Origin: Octopus vulgaris
Taxonomy: Eukaryota
DNA: 64,000 nucleotides
NCBI GenBank assembly: GCA_951406725.2
Contig: OX597834.1
Coordinates: 14,756,001-14,820,000, forward strand
Direction of reading: 5' to 3'
Positions within the stretch are counted from its first letter, which is position 1. Each line of letters opens with the position of its first letter. Position numbers and translations under genes: made by a program. The notes under the pieces were generated by a model. It searched no databases. It worked only from the letters and a program-made list of their open reading frames with translations, and was not told the DNA's origin. Positions 58,720 to 64,000 of the stretch are shown here, piece after piece.

Positions 58720-59111
58720 AAATTCTAACGTGCAATAAACAGATAGAACTATGGAGCAATACAAAAGAGACAAATTTGAGGTTCTATAAATAATCCTTTT
58801 GTTCTCGTATCTTTCTATCTCTCAATATATTTAATTAATTACGTGGTAAAATTTTCACACAAATTAATCCTAATGTTTGTTTTTTTTCTCCCATAGAGTT
58901 TTATAAATTACCATGATTTATGAAAACGCATATTGTCTCCGAACCAAGTTTAATTCTTCTTAATTATAACTGGACAGATTCTTTCGTTTTGTTTTCACCA
59001 CAGTTTATGTCTTCGGCGCCTTCAACGCCATCTCTTAAACCATTTGACATTTATGCCGGCATATGTGTGTATATGTATATGTGTGTATATGTGTATATAT
59101 GTGTATATGTG

Positions 59112-59159
<48 letters not shown>

Positions 59160-60228
59160 TGTATGAATGCATATATACATATATACATACACATATATAT
59201 ACATATATATACATATATATATATATACATACATATGTATGTATGTATATGTGTGTATGTATATATGTATATTTGTATATACGTTTATATATACATGCAT
59301 ATATATGTTTATATGTTAAGATTTATATATATATATATATGTATGTATGTATGCATGTATGTATATCTAACCATGTATACATATATGTATGCATCAATAC
59401 AAGTATATACAGTTATATATATATATATATAAAGTGAGAGACAGTTATACAAGCATTTACATACATGTATGTGTGTATATGTGTCTGTATACATATATAT
59501 TCACATTATTAATACTTATGCTTGTACGTGTATATGTATTGACATTCATGCCTGCTTTTGTGCGATAGCTCAATCTTTCTCTCCCTCTCTCTATTTATCT
59601 ATCTATCTATCTCTTCTTACTCTCTAATACACCTTCTCTCTACTTCTCTGTCTCCGTCTCATCTTTCTCTGTTTTTCTCTGTATCTCCTTCTATCTTTCT
59701 CAGATTTTCTCTCACTCTATCTCTCTCTCTCTGTTTGTCACACCCTCTCCCTGTTCCCTCCTCCTTTCTGTCTGTCTCTCTCTGTTTCTCTCTCTCTCTC
59801 TCTCATCCCCTTTCTGCATTTATACTTTACAGAATACTTCTCCTTCTAATTAAACCTTTGTCTCCGTATCTCATTCCACGTTACTCTTCCCATCTATCTG
59901 TATCTTTTTAACCTTCACCCGTTCTTCTATTCGTTTATACTTCACTTTAGCAACTGGCAAGAGTACATCGCATTGTCCAATCGTACAAAACTTTATTCGC
60001 TCTTTATCTTTTGCAAAATTTTGTTTTTGTATTCTTATTATGCCATATCATACACACCCTGAGCTACATACAGCGTCATACCATTTTAATTTATTTCATG
60101 GTATGATATGTAAATATATATATCGATCTGTATCTGTATCTCTCTGTCTGTATATGTATGTTGAGAGAAACAGAGTATGATTCATTGGTACATAGATAAA
60201 TATATGTACACATATATACCTTTGTGTG

Positions 60229-60259
<31 letters not shown>

Positions 60260-60385
60260 ATATATATGTTTATGTATATGTATATATACATGTATATATA
60301 TAAATAGATATGTATATATATATATATGTATGTATATATATATGTATATGTATATGTATATATACATGTATATATATAAATAGAT

Positions 60386-60430
<45 letters not shown>

Positions 60431-61045
60431 CATGCAGATATGCATAAATGTGTAATGTGGAAGTCTGAGTGTGTGTTCGACATGCATTGGTTTATGTGGC
60501 GTGTGTAAATATACGCGTGTTTACTAATACATATTCTTAAACATTCACATTCTTGAATCCACCCCCCCGCAGTTCGATCTTCGAAACAACCCCCACAACC
60601 ACTCCACATTCCCACCGCTATCCTCCTCACCTACAAACCAACAACCCAGCGAACGAACCAACCAACCAAACAGACAACACAACCAACAATCTCCCTCGCT
60701 TCTACACATTAGCACCAACGCTCAATTATATTTAACTAATTAACCACAGAAATAATGTTGTTAAAATAGAAGACCAAGTAGAATGACCAAAAAGATAATA
60801 AATAAAATATAGTATAAAATATATATCGAACAGTGAAACGATAAAATACAGCACGGAAGACACTACAATACGCCATAATGTGGCTATAACAACTGTCTAT
60901 GTTTTTAAACGTTTATCGTTGTTTTATGCCAATTTTCCGCCATTGTTTTAGTATGTTCATATATTATAATGTGTTCCACGTTTTATACGAGCTCCTGCCT
61001 TTGTGCGCCACAAAATCGTCATCGTAATGTTTCAACATATCCAAT

Positions 61046-61153
<108 letters not shown>

Positions 61154-61592
61154 TATATATATATAGTTATATATATAGTTATATATATGTATATATATAT
61201 ACATATATTTATATATATATTTGCTATGGTTATATCTTAAATTTTTTATATTGTTTTTTGCGTTTGTTTTTATTCGTGCTTGTCTGTTTTGTTGCTTGTT
61301 TGTTAGAAATCTTAACAATTATCATGTTATTTGGGTGGCATGAAATGATAATCATTAGGTTTTATGTAAGTTAACGATAAGACGACTACGGATGAAATGA
61401 AATAAAATTATATATATATAAAAATATATACATACCTACCTACATACATATATATATATATATACATATCTATAAGTATACATGTATATGTATACACACA
61501 TACACTATATATATATATATTTGTGTGTATTAATTAGAATTAGAAATACGTAAAAATGTAAATATAAATATATATATGCATACTTAAATAAA

Positions 61593-61634
<42 letters not shown>

Positions 61635-62274
61635 TACATATGTATATATAAACGGCGGTGCATCAGCATGGCCGAAGCTCTGAACTGAAACTAGAAAACA
61701 AAAGTATATATACATATACATATATATGTGTGCGTATGCGAGTGTGCACGTGGGTGTGTATATGTATGTCTGTATGATTTTTTATGTATAAATTTGTACA
61801 TATTAAATACATATATAGATAAATAGAGCCTTAGAGAGAAATATATATATATATATATACATACGAAAAATATATTTCCATGCGTATAGGGATATATCTA
61901 CGTGAATGCAGAAATGTGTGACATATCTTTCTATAGCTCTATATTGCATGTGAGAAAGGTGCGCTTACATTTGGGCGTTTAGGACAAAGAGATACTGTTC
62001 GAGAAGACACGAAATAGTCAAACAGTGAGAGAGAGCGAGAGACAGAGAGAAAGTGAGAGAGAAGGAGGGAGGGTGAGAGGCAAAGATTAAAGTTATAGGA
62101 AGCCAATGGGAAGTATCGCAATAAAATAAGTGTAAGAGGAAGAGATAAGCGGTGCTGGGTACGTTTACAGATACCAAGACAATGGGTATTCAGAAAAGAT
62201 GGGTCTCTGCGAAAAACATTATTACAAATGCATACACAGATCCACACGCGCCCCACATACAATCATCCGCACGT

Positions 62275-62380
<106 letters not shown>

Positions 62381-62425
62381 AATATATATATATATTATAA
62401 TAAATATATACATATATATATAAAC

Positions 62426-62480
<55 letters not shown>

Positions 62481-62579
62481 TATATACATATATATATATA
62501 CATATATATATATATATGTATATATATAAATATATATAAATATATGTATATATATATACATATATATATACATATGTGT

Positions 62580-62615
<36 letters not shown>

Positions 62616-62618
62616 GTA

Positions 62619-62661
<43 letters not shown>

Positions 62662-62969
62662 GTGTGCGTGTGTGTGTATGTATGTATATGTGTCTATGTG
62701 TGTGCATATATGTATATATTTATTTATCTCGTATCTGTATGTATATGGGAGAATGTGTGTGCGTGTGTGCGTATATGTGTGTATGGGTTGAACCAGCGAT
62801 GTATTTGTGTTCTTCTCGATCCAATTAGCGATAATAATGCACCATTGGCATTGTGATATAATTTTAATGATAGACAATTAAGGCAGAAAATGATAGGATA
62901 ATGTTTGTTTATTTTACACGTGACAGAGCGCAAACCTAAACACACACACACGCACACGCACAAACACAT

Positions 62970-63000
<31 letters not shown>

Positions 63001-63047
63001 CATACATAAAACTATCTATCTATCAATATCTCTCTATCACTCTCTCA

Positions 63048-63093
<46 letters not shown>

Positions 63094-63379
63094 GCATATG
63101 TGTATATTTATAATTACACATATGATTATATACGTGTATATATAAATATATGTATGTATATATAATCATTGTTTTAACGGCAAACTGATAATTATTTAAT
63201 TAAATTTGACAGTTCTCGAGAAGTGAACTCCGTAATAAAATTCCCCACATACGGTTCACTATGTCTTTATTGTTTATACATACACACAAACATACACAAG
63301 CGCATGCGCACACTCACTTGCGCGTATGCATACATACAAGGATCTCATCTATAAATGTTTGCATGTATCTCTCTCTCTT

Positions 63380-63429
<50 letters not shown>

Positions 63430-63440
63430 CATACATATAT

Positions 63441-63853
63441 AGACATAGAAGTGACTGTGTGGTAAATAGCTTGCTTACCAACCATATGGCTCCGGGTTCA
63501 GTCCCACTGCGTGGCATCTTGGGCAAGTGTCTTCTATTATAGCCTCGGGCCGACCAAAACCTTGTGAGTGGATTTGGTTGACGGAAACTGAAAGAAGCTT
63601 GTCGGATATGTATATATATATTTGTGTGTCTGTGTTTATCTCCCCGACATCACTTAACAACCGATGCTGGTGTGTTTATGTCCCCGTCACTTAGCGGTTC
63701 GGCAAGAGAGACCGCTATTACAAGTACCAGGTTTACAAAGAGTAAGTCCTAGAGTCGATTTCCTCGACTAAAGGCGGTGCTCCAGCATGGCCGCAGTCAA
63801 ATGACTGAAAAAGATAAAAGATAAAAATAGAAGAAAGATAAAGATATAAAGAA
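63441..63853 (+). mobile_element. Family C SINE
   Basis: Collinear with 47748-48199; (AAAAGAT)n-like tail. Confidence 0.9.
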
Positions 63854-64000
63854 TATGAGGGTTTGTGATCTAAACGAATTAAGTAGGCTGAGTAAGGGAC
63901 ATAGTTGTTCGCCCTTTAGATACTAATTTCACAGCTGAGGCTGAATCTAGGGATCCGTATTAGGGTTCCGTTATAGTGGGTATATATTATACTAAATAGG

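Overview
AT-rich, microsatellite-saturated eukaryotic DNA. The tRNA-derived SINE repertoire and repeat landscape point to an octopus (coleoid cephalopod) genome; this is inferred, not searched. No intact host protein-coding gene is recognisable, and nearly all ORFs in the track are translations of (TA)n, (CA)n, (GATA)n, (TAA)n and (GAA)n repeats. The window holds four SINE families (labelled A-D here) with swapped tails, LINE 3' fragments (R4/Dong, Tx1/L1-like, RTE, RTEX), Tc1 and maT-like transposase relics, a short Helitron, a MITE with an 8-bp TSD, Penelope-type hammerhead motifs and several tandem or inverted duplications. A few minus-strand splice sites may belong to a non-coding or 5'-UTR exon chain. 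The most notable signals are: an apparently complete type I hammerhead ribozyme with a U3-A8 covariant core (56841-56911); a Tx1-like LINE stacked in (GATA)n whose 3' tail is shared with SINE family D; a palindromic tRNA-head + hammerhead composite element (37270-38742); and R4/Dong insertions in (TAA)n.
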